64,000 nucleotides of DNA from Octopus vulgaris (taxonomy: Eukaryota). This document shows, one piece after another, positions 28,822 to 42,986 of this stretch (positions within the stretch are counted from its first letter, which is position 1; each line of letters starts with the position of its first letter). The translations under genes were made by a program, and so were the position numbers. The DNA is taken from contig OX597819.1 in assembly GCA_951406725.2 (NCBI GenBank), positions 57,784,001 through 57,848,000 of the forward strand. The letters run 5' to 3'. Under the pieces are notes generated by a model. It was not told the DNA's origin. It worked only from the letters and a program-made list of their open reading frames with translations, and did not search any database.

Positions 28822-29921
28822 AACAATTACTACTACTACTACTAATACTAATACTTCTACTATTACTACTGCTCCTCCTCCTCCTACTACTACTACTACT
28901 ACTACTACAACAATTACTACTACTACTACTAATACTAATACTTCTACTATTACTACTGCTACTACTACTACTACAACTTCTGCTGCTGCTACTGCTACAC
29001 CTCCTCCTCCTCCTCCTCAAAACTACTACTACTACTGCTACTGCTCCTCCTCCTCCTCCTACTACTACTACTACTACTACTACAACAATTACTACTACTA
29101 CTACTAATACTAATACTTCTACTATTACTACTGCTCCTCCTCCTCCTCCTACTACTACTACTACTACTACAACAATTACTACTACTACTACTAATACTAA
29201 TGCTTCTACTATTACTACTGCTACTACTACTACTACAACTTCTGCTGCTGCTACTGCTACACCTCCTCCTCCTCCTCCTCCTCAAAACTACTACTGCTAC
29301 TGCTACTGCTACTCCTCTTCCTCCTCCTCCTCCTCCTACTACTACTACTACAACAACAATTACTACTACTACTACTAATACTAATACTTCTACTATTACT
29401 ACTGCTACTACTACTACTACAACTTCTGCTGCTGCTACTGCTACACCTCCTCCCCCTCCTCCTCAAAACTACTACACTACAACAATACTACAACAATTAC
29501 TACTACTACTACTAATACTAATACTTCTACTATTACTACTGCTACTACTACTACTACAACTTCTGCTGCTGCTACTGCTACACCTCCTCCTCCTCCTCCT
29601 CAAAACTACTACTGCTACTGCTACTGCTACTCCTCTTCCTCCTGCTACGAGTGCTACTGCTGCTACTACCACCACTGTTCTACAACTTCTTACTTACAAC
29701 TATTATCACTACCATTACTACTACTACTACTACAACTTCTCCTACTACTGTTGCTACTTCTACTACTTCAGCTTCAACTAGTACTTCTGCTACTACTACT
29801 ACTACTACTACTACTATTACTACTGCTACTGCTGCAACACCTGTAGTACTACAACTACTAATTTACAATTATTGTCACTATTGTTGCTGCTGCTACTGCT
29901 TCTATTACTACTACTACTACC

Positions 29922-29955
<34 letters not shown>
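28712..29955. repeat. compound (ACT/CCT/GCT)n satellite with higher-order units
   Basis: Recurring acaacaattactactactactactaatactaatacttctactattactactgct. Confidence 0.97.
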
Positions 29956-29956
<1 letters not shown>

Positions 29957-30194
29957 AGTCAGATAAGCTAAGGAAGGCAACCAGCTACGGCGTTTGCATC
30001 CAGAAGAGTGATCAAGGTATTGGTTAATTTGGCGTTCCACTTTTCTAATCATCATGAAAACCGTTCATGTTTCTAGAAATAACAGACAGATCTCACTCAA
30101 ATGACACCCCTACCTTACTAAATGTAAAACACATCAGCTAATGTATACCCGTAAGAGGAAAAATACCTGATTGTCAATATTTGAATGCTTTTTG

Positions 30195-30699
30195 TCATGA
30201 TGATAACGATGATGATAAGGATGATGAGTTTAATGATGGCGATGAAGGGATACTTGGGGATAAATATCTATCCTCGTCGTCATCTTCATCATCATTATCA
30301 TTACCATCATCATCATCATCATCATCGTCATCATCATCATCATTGTCGTCGTCATCGTCATCGTTACCTTCATCATTATCATCATCATCATCATCATCAT
30401 CACCATCATTACAATCATCATCGTTATCATTATCGTCGTCGTCGTCGTCGTCATCATCATCATCATCATCGTCGTCATCATCACCATCTAATGATGATAA
30501 CGGTGATGATTGTAATCAATTATCATCGTCATCATCATCGTCATCATCATACTCAATTTTATATATATTTTATATCTACTATCATTATCATAATTGTCAA
30601 CATCATCTTCATTTTCACCATTTACAGGAACATCATCATCAACATCCTCATTACCCTCCTCATCAGCAGTAGCGGCATTGTAATCATAATCACCATTAT

Positions 30700-30732
<33 letters not shown>

Positions 30733-30785
30733 TCTTATCATCCATGCTACAATTACCCTGATCGTCGTTATCGTCGTCTTCGCCG
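30195..30785. repeat. degenerate (TCA/TCG)n
   Basis: Direct reading. Confidence 0.93.
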
Positions 30786-31360
30786 TTACCAGCGAAACAT
30801 AAATGCTTGAAATATTTTTTTTTCATTATAAACAACTTTTACATTTATCTCTGACATATTTCGAACATCTGTAAAGTTTTATTTTTATATTTAATTCTTT
30901 TATATTTTGATCTTTTTTTTTTTTATCAACATCGATAATTTAAAATCATTGCCAGAAGGTAATGAATTCCGATTAAGATAGTTATAAAAGTTAATTTTAA
31001 GTTATACTTGGTTCGTGTCAAATTGCAAAAATGTCATTTATCTTACGTAACTGTTTCACTTCGTTTGTCAAAGACATGTAGCGACAGCAATGAAACATCT
31101 TCGTTTGATTCATAAAACACCAAATGCAAATATGCAATTAACTAGAGAGCTCATTAATGATTGGAATCGACAATGTAATTTACTATTTATAATTATCTAA
31201 GTTACTCGTTAGTAACGCTCTGGCGTTCAACAAATATTTTTGAAAAGATCAAATGGCGGATGTGGTGAAGAAAATTAACAATGTGGTATAACTAACAAAT
31301 GATTTTTGCAGTGGATTGTAGAACTGAGCTCAGTTACTCAGTGAATTACCTACAGCAGTA

Positions 31361-31490
31361 AGGGCGGCGAGCTGGCCGAAACGTTAGCATGTCGGACGAA
31401 ATGCTTAACGGTGTTTCGTCTGTCATCATATTCTGCGTTCAAATTCCACCGGGGTCAACTTTGCCTTTCATCCATGCGGGGTCGATAAAT
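31361..31490 (+). mobile_element. SINE family A, 5' part
   Basis: ggcggcgagctggccgaaacgttagc..gttcaaattcc. Confidence 0.75.
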
Positions 31491-33390
31491 TTGACAGCTA
31501 CAGAATAAAATATGCGTGGCGAAATAATTTCAGAAGTATTACATTCTTGAAGAGCAAGTGTGATGAAATGTAAGAAGCAGTTATTGTCATTAGTATTCGT
31601 CTTTGAATACAGATAATACATGAGTACCGCGAGGACGAGAGACCAGCAAAGTTGGAGCACTAGAGTAACAGAACAATGAGAAGTAACTGGCGGGAAAAGA
31701 AGACTGAGGAGCCAGCACGCTTAGGTTATGCGAAAAACAAAGATAAACATCGAATGTGTTGACTACCGGGGTACACGAAGGACCCAGTCACCAACGAAAA
31801 AATGGCTAATTCTACTTTTAGGATGAATGGGTAGAAAGAGTAAAGCCGTAAATATTAACATGACATAAATATTGATTTCAAATTTTGGCATAAGCCAGCA
31901 ATTCTGGGTTGGGGTAAGTCAGTTGCATCGATCCCAGTACTCAACTGGTACTTATTTTATCGACTCCGAAAGGATGAATGGCAAAGTCGACCTCGGCGGA
32001 ATTTATCCTGATATAAATATTGCCACTTGAAATCAAATGAGATTTGAAAGCGCTTCATGGGTTTAGTTTTTTCCATATTTACGACTGTATTGCATCTTCA
32101 TTTTTCATACAAAAACCTGAGATAGACCAGATTACAGGAAGTCCTGACCCGAAGGTATTACCGATTTCGAGGAAAGGAAATGAATTCAGCCGCTGACAGA
32201 AACTGCACTAAAGGGCCTGTTCTCTTGTAGCTAACATCTGCCGTACCATTACTTCTTTTCTCTCCCTCTCGCTTTCTCTTTCTTCTCTCTTATTTGTTCC
32301 CTCTCTCTCCGAAATACTGACAATTTCCGATATTTTCATAACATTACAGATATTTTAGTGCGATAAGTTCAACTAAATTGGAATAAATGCCTTATAACTA
32401 TTTCGTCAGTAAACAAGGAAAACGAGCTAATGAGCGAGCCTCCATGCTGTTGCTCCGCTAAAAACAGCAGGCAAATATTTTTATTTTTGTCTTCCACAAT
32501 ATATTTAGATATCATCGAAACATCAGGTTATGTTGTCTTATATACATTATGTCTAAAAATAAATGGTATAATTAAGACATGAATATCATTGATGATAATT
32601 GAACCGGACCAAAAATGTTATTGTGCAGCTCCATTCTGCCATCTTACCTTGCATTTCGTGGTATAGTAATGACTTACTGGATATGTATAAGGCTTACATG
32701 TTTTCTCAATCAGAAAGTAATGGGGAGACCCGCAATAATTTTTCAGCGCTCCACAAGATCGATAAGGGAAGGGAGGAAGTTATCCCAAGCGAGGTGCGGA
32801 CCCGAATGTGCATAACTGGGAAATCCGCTAAATTTGTCCAATGGTCAGGTGATAGTGTTAAACTAGACGACAGATTAAGTCTACCATCCAAAATTCAGGG
32901 TGCAATAATCCTGATCAAACAACGCATGGGACCTGGTCCGACACTCTAGCAATTCTCCTATCAAACGACCTTGGCTGTTTCTTTATTTTATCGATCGCGA
33001 AACATTAAAAGATGAAGCCTATATGATCAGTTCTCAAACTCATACAGGCCAGCCCAGATACTGCAAACCTTTTTGTCTTGTTCTAAGGACTCTGCCAATA
33101 CAACACTTAACAGGAACTAGCAAGGTTTTATGAAGTGCATATACTCCCAAGTGGGATTTTGTTGTGTAACTTGGAGAATAACAAAGAATGGATCAGGTTC
33201 ACAGAGAAATTAGCATTCGATCACCATTTTGAAAGTTACACAACACAGTATGGTAATAACATGTGAGGAGGATGAATAGGAAGTTGATAGTGAACACGCA
33301 AAGATGTCTTTTCAATTAATCTATAATATCCTGGTGGTTAATTGTAGTAAATTTCGTTTTTGAAGCATGACCGGATTTTTACTGGTATAC

Positions 33391-33593
33391 ATACTCTTTT
33401 ACTTGTTTCAGTCATTTGACTGTGGCCAAGCTGGAGCACCGTCTTTAGTCGATCAAGTCGACCTCAGGACTTATTCTTTGTAAGCCAATTACTTATTCTA
33501 TCAGTCTCTTTTATCGAGCCGCTATGTTACGGGGACGTAAACACACCAGCATCGGTTCTCAAGCGATGTTGGGGGACAAACACGGACACAAAA

Positions 33594-33674
<81 letters not shown>

Positions 33675-33825
33675 CGACGGGCTTCTTTCAGTTTCCGTCT
33701 ACCAAATTCACTGACAAGGCTTTGGTCGGCCCGAGGCTATAGTAGAAGACAACAAGGAGCCACGCAGTGGGACTGAACCCGTAACCATGTGATTCGTAAG
33801 GTACTTACCACACAACAACTCCTAC
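33391..33825 (-). mobile_element. SINE family B
   Basis: Colinear with other B copies. Confidence 0.85.
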
Positions 33826-34361
33826 TTGTAGAAAATAATTAATTCCGCTTCTATTTTCTACATAACACGTCATTATACACTCTTGCTAGGAGTATTTGTG
33901 CGCTTAAGAACTTCATTTGTAAGTGGTGCACTTAGGGCAAGCATGCTTTTCCGCAGCTTTAGATCGACCAATGCTTTATTAATAAAATTCTTTTGCCAGG
34001 AACTGCATCAATAAATTGTTCCTGTTATGGGATGGTAAAGTCAAATTCCATGAAGCAGTTTAACATAAAATCCTTCTTTTTGGAACTATTAGTGGAATTT
34101 ATTCTGTTGCAAACAAGCCGGTCAGACCTTCAGCCGAAATTTCACTTTCTCTTTCCCTAACACCAATCTCAATGAAAAGACAGAAGCCACGAGTGCTACT
34201 TTTCTCCCTCTAGGAGTATCGCTGAAAACTTATGAGTGTGTGAGAATGAGTGTGTGTGCCGCGAGCGCACGTGTGTGTAATAAAACATGGATGCATACAT
34301 ATATACCATATCTCTCCTACATGATTTAGGAGGGATATATATTTGGATTTAACTGAATCCT

Positions 34362-34800
34362 CTCTCTTTACTCTTTTACTCTTTTACTTGTTTCAGTCAT
34401 TTGACTGCGGCCATGCTGGAGCACCACCTTTAGTCGAGCAAATCGACTCCGGGACTTATTCTTTGTAAGCCCAGTACTTATTCTATCGGTCTCTTTTGCC
34501 GAATCGGGACGTAAACACACCAATATCGGTTGTCAAGCAATGCTAGAGGGACAAACACAGACACACAAACATATACGCAAACATATACACACACATACAT
34601 ATATATATACATATATACGACAGGCTTCTTTCAGTTTCCGTCTACCAAATCCACTCACAAGGCATTAGTCGGCCCGGGGCTATAGCAGAAGACACTTGCC
34701 CAAGATGCCACGCAGTGGGACTGAACCCGGAACCATGTGGTTGGTAAGCTAGCTACTTACCACACAGCCACTCCTGCGCCTATGGCCACTCCTGCGCCTA
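34362..34800 (-). mobile_element. SINE family B (head 18-mer duplicated)
   Basis: Well-preserved copy with gccactcctgcgcctat twice. Confidence 0.88.
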
Positions 34801-36214
34801 TAACACTAGAATGTTTTATCATTTCCCATAGTATGAAAAGCAAAGTCTATTCTTGTAAGATTTGGAATCAGTATTTAGAGGAAGTAGACTAAATACTGAA
34901 AGAAATTTAGTAAAATGTTTTAACATTTGTGCAAACTTTGCTTTTCTAACTACTATGACATCAGCATGACAAAAGGAGTAGTTCTTAAGTGTGAGTAACC
35001 CAATATGTTTAGAAGCTATCAAGATGTTTACAAATGATCGCATTAGTGATGAAAAGATGAAGAGACAAGATAGGTAAGAATGATGATGAAACTAGATAAG
35101 AGAGATATCTAGCAAGCGATAGTAATCGATAAATGGAGAAAATGGAAGATGCAGATAATGTTACAATTGCATGCTTAATACAATTCTAATAGATGGCTTT
35201 TGAATTAAACACTTTATGAAGCATCAAGTACTTACTTGCTATAAATATTTCTAGTTTCTGTGGTGAATATCGTAAAATTAATTAATAGATAAGAACAAGA
35301 CTGATAAGTTTGAACTCCTGTTTGCACCAATAATTAACCTTATTTACACCGTTAACCATTAGGGGAATAATATGAATGTCACAACATCCATTTACTGCTT
35401 TTATGCATCTGTGGTCTTGTTCGTAGCTTAAAAGAAAGTGCATTAATAGTTTCCAAGATGGTGAGTTGATAGAAACGATACAGCGACATAATCTATTTAG
35501 TATAATTCCTTTAAGAATTCTGCCCTACCTTGTCATCCTTTGGTGTTTGTACCAATAATATATTAATATAATTTTAATTGACTACACTCGTTAATTATTT
35601 TTTCTAATATAGGCATAAATCTTGGTGTGGCGGTGGTAGTGTTTAGTCGAAACCACTACTCGTCGGGTACATTATTTTATCTCCCTCCCAAAGTCAACTT
35701 CAGAAGAATTTGAACTCAGAACACCAAGAACCATCAGGAATATCGCAAGGTATAATTTTTAGACACTCTAATGATTCTGTTATCTCGTATCCGATATTTA
35801 ACTGCACGAGTAATTATTTTCTTATCTGAAAGATCTCGATCTAATTTTCTTGCCTGGAAAAAGAAAAGTTACCTCAACCGGATCAGCATGGAGTTAATCC
35901 CGTTTTAATGCAGCAAGTTCATTTATATTTTATGACTGAGCCGACAGCTATTTCATTACTTGAATATTAAGCTGCGAGGCTTCTATTAAACTCACCAATT
36001 TTAGAAATATCTCAACATTCATGTTCCCATGGTGAAATAACTTAACAGAAAAGAAATAATGATTCTTCCAATTCATCAACATTTTAAAGGGAAAATGAAC
36101 AAAAAAAATTCAACTTAGTTGATGTTTAAACAGAAATTACTCAGGGATGTTACTACTCTTTATTTTAAGCCATGTAAAAACGAAAGACATCGGAAAAGAT
36201 TTGAATTCAAGTCT

Positions 36215-36281
<67 letters not shown>

Positions 36282-36450
36282 GATTAAGGTGGCAAGTCGC
36301 AATTTAGAAGCATGATTTCAACGCCAAGCAGTGTTTAGCTATAAGCGAACTTTAGGTTAGTTAAAATATTTTTGTGACATATTTCAATTACTAAAGTAAA
36401 ATTCACTGCAGCTAACGTGAAAAAAATACCATACATACATGCAGATATGC

Positions 36451-36558
<108 letters not shown>

Positions 36559-37060
36559 GACAAACATACATATATACATACACGTTTTTTAACTATCAGC
36601 TATCAATTTCATAGGCACAAAGCAAGATCAGATGTAAATGCAGAGTCGATAAGATCAGTACGATTTATATTCCATGTAGTTTATTCAGGAAAGGGAAAAA
36701 GAAAGAAAACTAACCCTAATGAGAATGTAAGCGGAGGAGAATACGGTGTATTTAATCTGGTACTTTTTCAAATCTGGTAATCGCTAGCTATCTCATGAAA
36801 GAAAGTGGTTAAGCAGCTGTGTTTAATAAAATCCGAAGTATTTTTTTTTTAATATTATCCGAAATTCTTCCTCCCCATATCTCATGAAACTTCATAAAAA
36901 TGTATTTCTATAAAGAAACCTATTGATATTTATCTGCACTAGATTTAGTTATATCTTTTCTTCTCATGATTTCGAATACAAACATACACATATACATGCA
37001 AATAGCCAGAGACATACACACACATACATAGAGAGAGAGAGAGAGAGAAAGACATACATA

Positions 37061-37425
37061 TACTCTTTTACGCTTTTACTTGTTTCATTCATGTGACTGT
37101 GGCTATGCTGGAGCACCGCCTCTAGTCGAGCAAATCGAACCCAAGACTTATTTTTTGTAAGCCTAGTACTTATTCTACAGGTCTCTTTTGCCGAACTGCT
37201 AACTGACGGGGACGTAAACACACCAGCATCGGTTTTCAAGCGATGTGGGGTGGGGAACAGAGACACAAGCATATACACACACATACATATATACAACGGG
37301 CTTCTTTCAGTTTCCGTCTACCAAATCCACTCACAAGGCTTTGGTCGGCCCGAGGTGCCACACAGTGGGACTGAACCTGGAACCATGTGGTTCGTAAGCA
37401 AGCTACTTACCACACAGCCACTCCC
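37061..37425 (-). mobile_element. SINE family B
   Basis: Colinear, with a small internal deletion. Confidence 0.85.
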
Positions 37426-37543
37426 AATTAAATATTTTTATATTTTCTTTTCATTAAATTAGATAGGAAATATATATAGTGACGGTGAAAGTTATAGTTC
37501 TGACAAAAAAAGTGCACTATATAACACAAGTAGACGTTTTATG

Positions 37544-37588
<45 letters not shown>

Positions 37589-38962
37589 GGGAGTTAAGGT
37601 GTTGTCAAAATATATATTTCAACATACGGTTATTTCAAAGTTTTAGTGTAGATTGATAATATTTTCCTGCTTTATTTTTAAATTAGGCTTTTATCGTTAT
37701 TCTTTGAAGAAAAGACTCGAGAAACTAATATTGTACCCAAGTGTATCAACGATGCAAAGTACTAGTTTCTTTCTGTGAGGCAGTGATTGTATCGGAGTGA
37801 TAATTAAGAAACTCAGATATACAGCATTTCTTTCAAATGCATTAACAACGCTAATGTAAAGAGAAATATCTTCTTGAGAGATTCGAAACCATTTTGGAAT
37901 TTTTGTTGGCTTACAATTAATCCCTTGTTCTGCGGCACCTGTTGAAGGATAAAGATAACATCCATTAGCGGCTCGCTGTGAATTCTCACAAGACAAAGCA
38001 AAAACAAAATATCATGACTACATATCGAAAACTTGTCAAGAACAGAAAGAAACTTGAGATGCAAAGCATTTGTAAAATAGCGAAAACATCATATAACAAA
38101 CCTGTTTATGTCAGTTATGAAAACCCGTAATGATAGCGAACTTGTTAATTTTGTTTTTATTAAAAATAACAAAACAATAAACAAATTAATATCTCTCAAT
38201 TTCTAATGGAATTCCAGTAATTGGACATGTATGAATTGATATGACAAGCGATTATTGTAGAATGTATCGATCATTCACCTAATGGAACGATTGATCGCTT
38301 CAAAAATCAATACAGTTTATAAATTATGACTCCGTTCCACTATTCATAAGTCTAATTTGTTTATGAAGCAATAATATAATTAATCGAATCAGCCCCCAGT
38401 ATATTTCTGGTACTTATTTTCTCGGTTTTCCAAGTGAGGAACACCAAATCGATTCTGTCGAATATTTCAGGCTAGCTGAATTCTGCGCCATTTGAGTGTT
38501 ATTAAGTAAGGAAGGAAGCTATAGGTTAATCAATCGATTGATAAAGATATATTATTGATTAATTGAACAATATATACCAACGAACAATGGAAAATCTGAA
38601 GCAATGTTGAAGAACTGATTTATGAATATTAACTTCAACTGATTTTGAATATTAGCTTGTGATTATTGATTTATAACTGCGTGCCTTGCATGATTGATAT
38701 CTGGATAGCTTCATTGAATGGCATCAGGATACCATGATTGATAAGTATCTGAATGGGTTGAATCGTAAAAAGAATTACATTGATATCAATTAAGGAATCT
38801 AAATTTCCATCTTCAAATCTAAAATTTCATTCGACTATTATTATTATCGTTATTGGATGAAGGGCTTCTCTAATACGCGTCTTGAAAATGTTATGTGTGC
38901 GTGTGTGTGTGGGGGGGCGCGTGTGGGGGGGGGGGCGTGGGGGCGTATGTGTGTGTGTGTGC

Positions 38963-39016
<54 letters not shown>

Positions 39017-39023
39017 GTATATA

Positions 39024-39057
<34 letters not shown>

Positions 39058-39063
<6 letters not shown>

Positions 39064-39520
39064 TAATCCAAACGGGAAAACAGAAAAAACAACAACACGT
39101 GGAACAATTACAGTATTATTATTATTAGGCGCTCAGGAAAATGGAAGAAGGAAGGTATGACGTTTCGAGCGGAGCTCTTCGTCGTAAACATAAGAGAAGG
39201 AAGAAAAGAAGAAAGATCCCGATGTGGGCGAAAGAGGGAAAAAAAACGCGACTGGTGTTTACGAGTTACACATGCTGAAATGACCGGAAGTTTTGGAAAC
39301 CAAGGCCAAAGTAGGTTTTTAAAGCCAAAAGAGTGGAGACAGGAAGGTTGGTAACAAAAAATGATGTGTATGTATGTGTGAGTGTGTGCATGTGTGTGTG
39401 AGGCGAGATAAAAAAACAAAAGATATATGTATATGTTAGTGCGTGCGTCAGTATGTAAGTGTGTAAGGTAGGGCGAACAGTAGTTGACATAGCAAGTCTC
39501 GAGTGAGTGGTCAGTAGTAA
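39058..39520 (-). mobile_element. Penelope-like terminal repeat
   Basis: Reverse complement gacgaagagctccgctcgaaacgtc and the gtttggattaacctt end match the 10980 family. Confidence 0.6.
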
Positions 39521-39666
39521 AAAATGGGAGGAAGGAGGGAAGAAGGGAAGGAGGGAAAGGGTGGGGGCGTATGTAACGTGCCAGTGTCTGTGTTGAGTGG
39601 TAGTGTGTGTGTGTGTCCAGTGTGCGTAGTTGTATGTAAGGCAAGTAATTTTGACGTGTGTGTAAG

Positions 39667-39718
<52 letters not shown>

Positions 39719-39749
39719 CATATATACACACATATATATACATATATTC

Positions 39750-40000
39750 ATTTTTCTTTTCTTTTATTTGTTCTAGTCATTTGGCTGCGGCCATGCTGGA
39801 GCACCGCCTCTAGTCGAGCAAAACGACCCCAGGACTTATTCTTTGTAGGCCTAGTAGTTATTCTGTCGGGGTCTTTTGCCGAACCGCTAGTTTACGGAGA
39901 CGTAAACACACCAGCATCGGTTATCAAGCGATGTTGTGGGAGGAGGGACAAACACAGACACACAAACACACACACACATACATACATACATAAATACATA
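39750..40000 (-). mobile_element. SINE family B 3' half (other halves at ~1381-1640, 5240-5420, 10696-10845, 12090-12275, 23350-23517, 24262-24428, 40160-40310)
   Basis: gcggccatgctggagcaccgcc..gacgtaaacacaccagcatcggtt. Confidence 0.8.
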
Positions 40001-40023
40001 CATGCACACACACACACACACAC

Positions 40024-40068
<45 letters not shown>

Positions 40069-40325
40069 ATGAGAAGCAAACAGCGACTGAAGGCAATGTA
40101 GGCAAGTGTCCGTGAGCACATCCCCCACTGGCACACTGGCACATACACGGGGAAGCGAACATCCAGTAAGAAGCATACTCTCAGCCACATGTTTTCGGGC
40201 TCAGTCCCACAGGGTGACACCTTGAGTATGTTTTCTACTATAGCCTCGGCTCGACCACAGCTTTTTGAGTGGATTTAGTAGACGGAAACTGAAAGAAGAC
40301 CGTCGTTTGTATATATATATATATC

Positions 40326-40655
40326 TATATATGAAAAAACAAGTCAAAATAGAAAATGCTAAAATAATTTTATAAAGAACATTTCAGTACCGGTTTCGGT
40401 CATTTTGAGACCTTTTCAACTGTAACGATTAAATAATTAAATTTAGAAAAATCAGAAAAGTTTTTTTAAAGGAATATTTGTATAGTGTTCAAATATACAA
40501 ATATTCCTTTAAAAAAACTTTTCTTTTAATTTTTCTAAATTTAATTATTTAATCGTTACAGTTGAAAAGGTCTCAAAATGACCGAAACCGGTACTGAAAT
40601 GTTCTTTATAAAATTATTTTAGCATTTTCTATTTTGACTTGTTTTTTCATATATA
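40326..40655. repeat. long inverted repeat, ~159 bp arms, 9 bp loop (40485-40493), with a hammerhead-like motif in each arm
   Basis: The arms are complementary except for one small indel/mismatch. Right arm 40559-40596 reads cag-TTGAAAA-ggtc-tcaaaat-gacc-GAAA-ccgg-TA-ctg. Confidence 0.93.
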
Positions 40656-40678
40656 TCAACTCGTGTGTTCCTTTTCAC

Positions 40679-40721
<43 letters not shown>

Positions 40722-40810
40722 TGTATATGTATATAGTAACATATTTCTTTATAGAACAGCCATGCCATAGTGGTAGAAAACGTTACTTCTCTCTCTCTCT
40801 CTCTCTCTCT

Positions 40811-40902
<92 letters not shown>

Positions 40903-40939
40903 ATGTTTATTTGATTTCTTGTATTATGAATCAAACAAG

Positions 40940-40982
<43 letters not shown>

Positions 40983-41519
40983 ATATATATATATTAAATA
41001 TATAGTTTCCGTTCCGTAAAGAATCAAAGTGCATGAAAGTGAAGGCGCCAATACCTAACGAGAGAGAAATACACAAGATGGATATTTGAGTAGTCCATTA
41101 CGATAAGCATAGAAGGTGCCGACGAAGGAAGGCCACGGATGATAAGGTAAGCTGAAATTCTTAATTGTATCTGAAAGTATCCAACGATGAATAGAATTTT
41201 AATTCAGTAGAACTTTAAATTCGGGAGAAACAATCGCATGGTTTATCTGATATTGCTGCAATTGTTTCATAAGAAATTTGATTTTCACGTAAGCATAATA
41301 CAATTATTTCGATTGTGTAATACTTATATAACTCCCAATTCATCAGGAGAAGCAGATTATCACGTTTTACCTGATTACCTGATGAGTTGTGAGTTATATA
41401 ACATATTACACAATCTAACTTATTGCATTATGCTCGCGTCAAAATAAAAGTTCCCGTGTGTATGTGTGAGCGTTTGTGTCTGTGTTGTATACATAAGCAT
41501 AAGGACATTTTTTCTTTCA

Positions 41520-42220
41520 GCTTGTCATAGTATAATAAAAGTTTAGAGGATAAGAATATTACAAAGTGACCAGGTCGAACATGAAGGCAATTCTACTTAT
41601 GTTAGTTGAGCGAGTCAATACAATAAGATAACAATGTAAAAGAGAATTAGTGTATTCTATTTTCAAATCAGAATTATACTTGATTTATCATATGTACTGA
41701 ATATAGATTTTGTACTATTACGATTCTATTTAACAACCATGATAAAACAAAATATATTTCAAAGCTAAATTTTCTAGCAAATTAGGACCAATTAACAAAT
41801 GAATATACATTGCTAACTGTTTAGCGAGATATCTACGCTTGAAAACGGAGGCGCTTCGCTCATCCATTAATACACCCAAATATATAATTATGTGACTTCT
41901 TATGGTTCTATTGATAGATAACTAATATAATTTATTGATAGATAATACATTACCAGACTACTTATCGATATTTAACGGTTTGAAATATATTTATTTTACA
42001 CTATCCGGAAATCTAGACTCTATCGAAGTCGATATCTATTTTACAACTAATTACCTAAACTTATTTCCTTATGAAGGTCACAGACGAATCATTGTCACTT
42101 CCTGGTAATACCATTCTAATTAAATTTTTCTGGTTGTATTAATAATTAGTTGTTGATTCCGTTATATAATTACAAGGAAAAATAAACATACATAAAGTGT
42201 TAACAAAATTTTGAAAATGC
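41520..42220. repeat. local duplicated non-coding block A, copy 1
   Basis: Core tttcaaagctaaa..tttagcgagatatc..aattatgtgacttcttatg..gatatttaacggtttgaaa..ccggaaatctagac..tcgaagtcgatatctatttta is shared with 51.6 and 57.3 kb. Confidence 0.9.
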
Positions 42221-42941
42221 TATCGTACTTTGCACAACTAGCATTTAGTATTTCATTTATTTATATAGAATATTAATTTTATATAATATAATTTATTTAG
42301 AATAATATACATACATACACATACACACACGGCTATCTATATATATATACATGCGTACAAAGTATGGGGATTTAGTTCACAAGTGATCTAAACGATTAGG
42401 TACGCTAGGCAAGTGCTGTAACAGATTACTGAGGCTTAAAGGTTATAGTCGAGACTGTAGTTATGGAGCTATTGCAGATTTTTCCGATGCAGCGGATATA
42501 CAATTGTTAAACAGGGCAGCTAACATTAAGGCAAGGCAAACATCTCATGTCGCATACGATACTATTATAGGAAGAAATCCAAAATATCCCCGAAACAGCT
42601 GTAAGATTTTGAATTTCTTCCTATAATAATATTACATGCGACTTCATATGTTTGCCTTGCCTTAATGTTTGCTGTCCTGTTTAACAATTCTATATACATA
42701 TATATATATATATATATTTGTGTGTGTAATCATACATACTATTATTACTCTGTTATCATTTAATATTTCTTTAAAAACAATAATATATGTTTATATTGTA
42801 CATAGCGTAATTCAAAATACCAGAAACATGTATAATGTGATAAGTCTGGAGTTATTTATTTGTAATCCTTAGTAGTAGAGATTGGCATGATGTAAAAACA
42901 TCATAGCTTTTTCTTGAATAAACAGAAAAATGATTAGGAAT

Positions 42942-42986
42942 AGTTTACAGAACTGTTTCGGAATAATTATCGCTCATCAGAGAAGA
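42942..42986 (-). ncRNA. hammerhead core, stem I decayed
   Basis: CTGATGA-gcgataattattcc-GAAA-cagttctg-TA. Confidence 0.4.

Noticed and set aside
32599-32949. 116 aa ORF as a host exon
   Set aside because: No recognisable motif or supporting splice/exon context. It is probably decayed TE sequence but could not be assigned.
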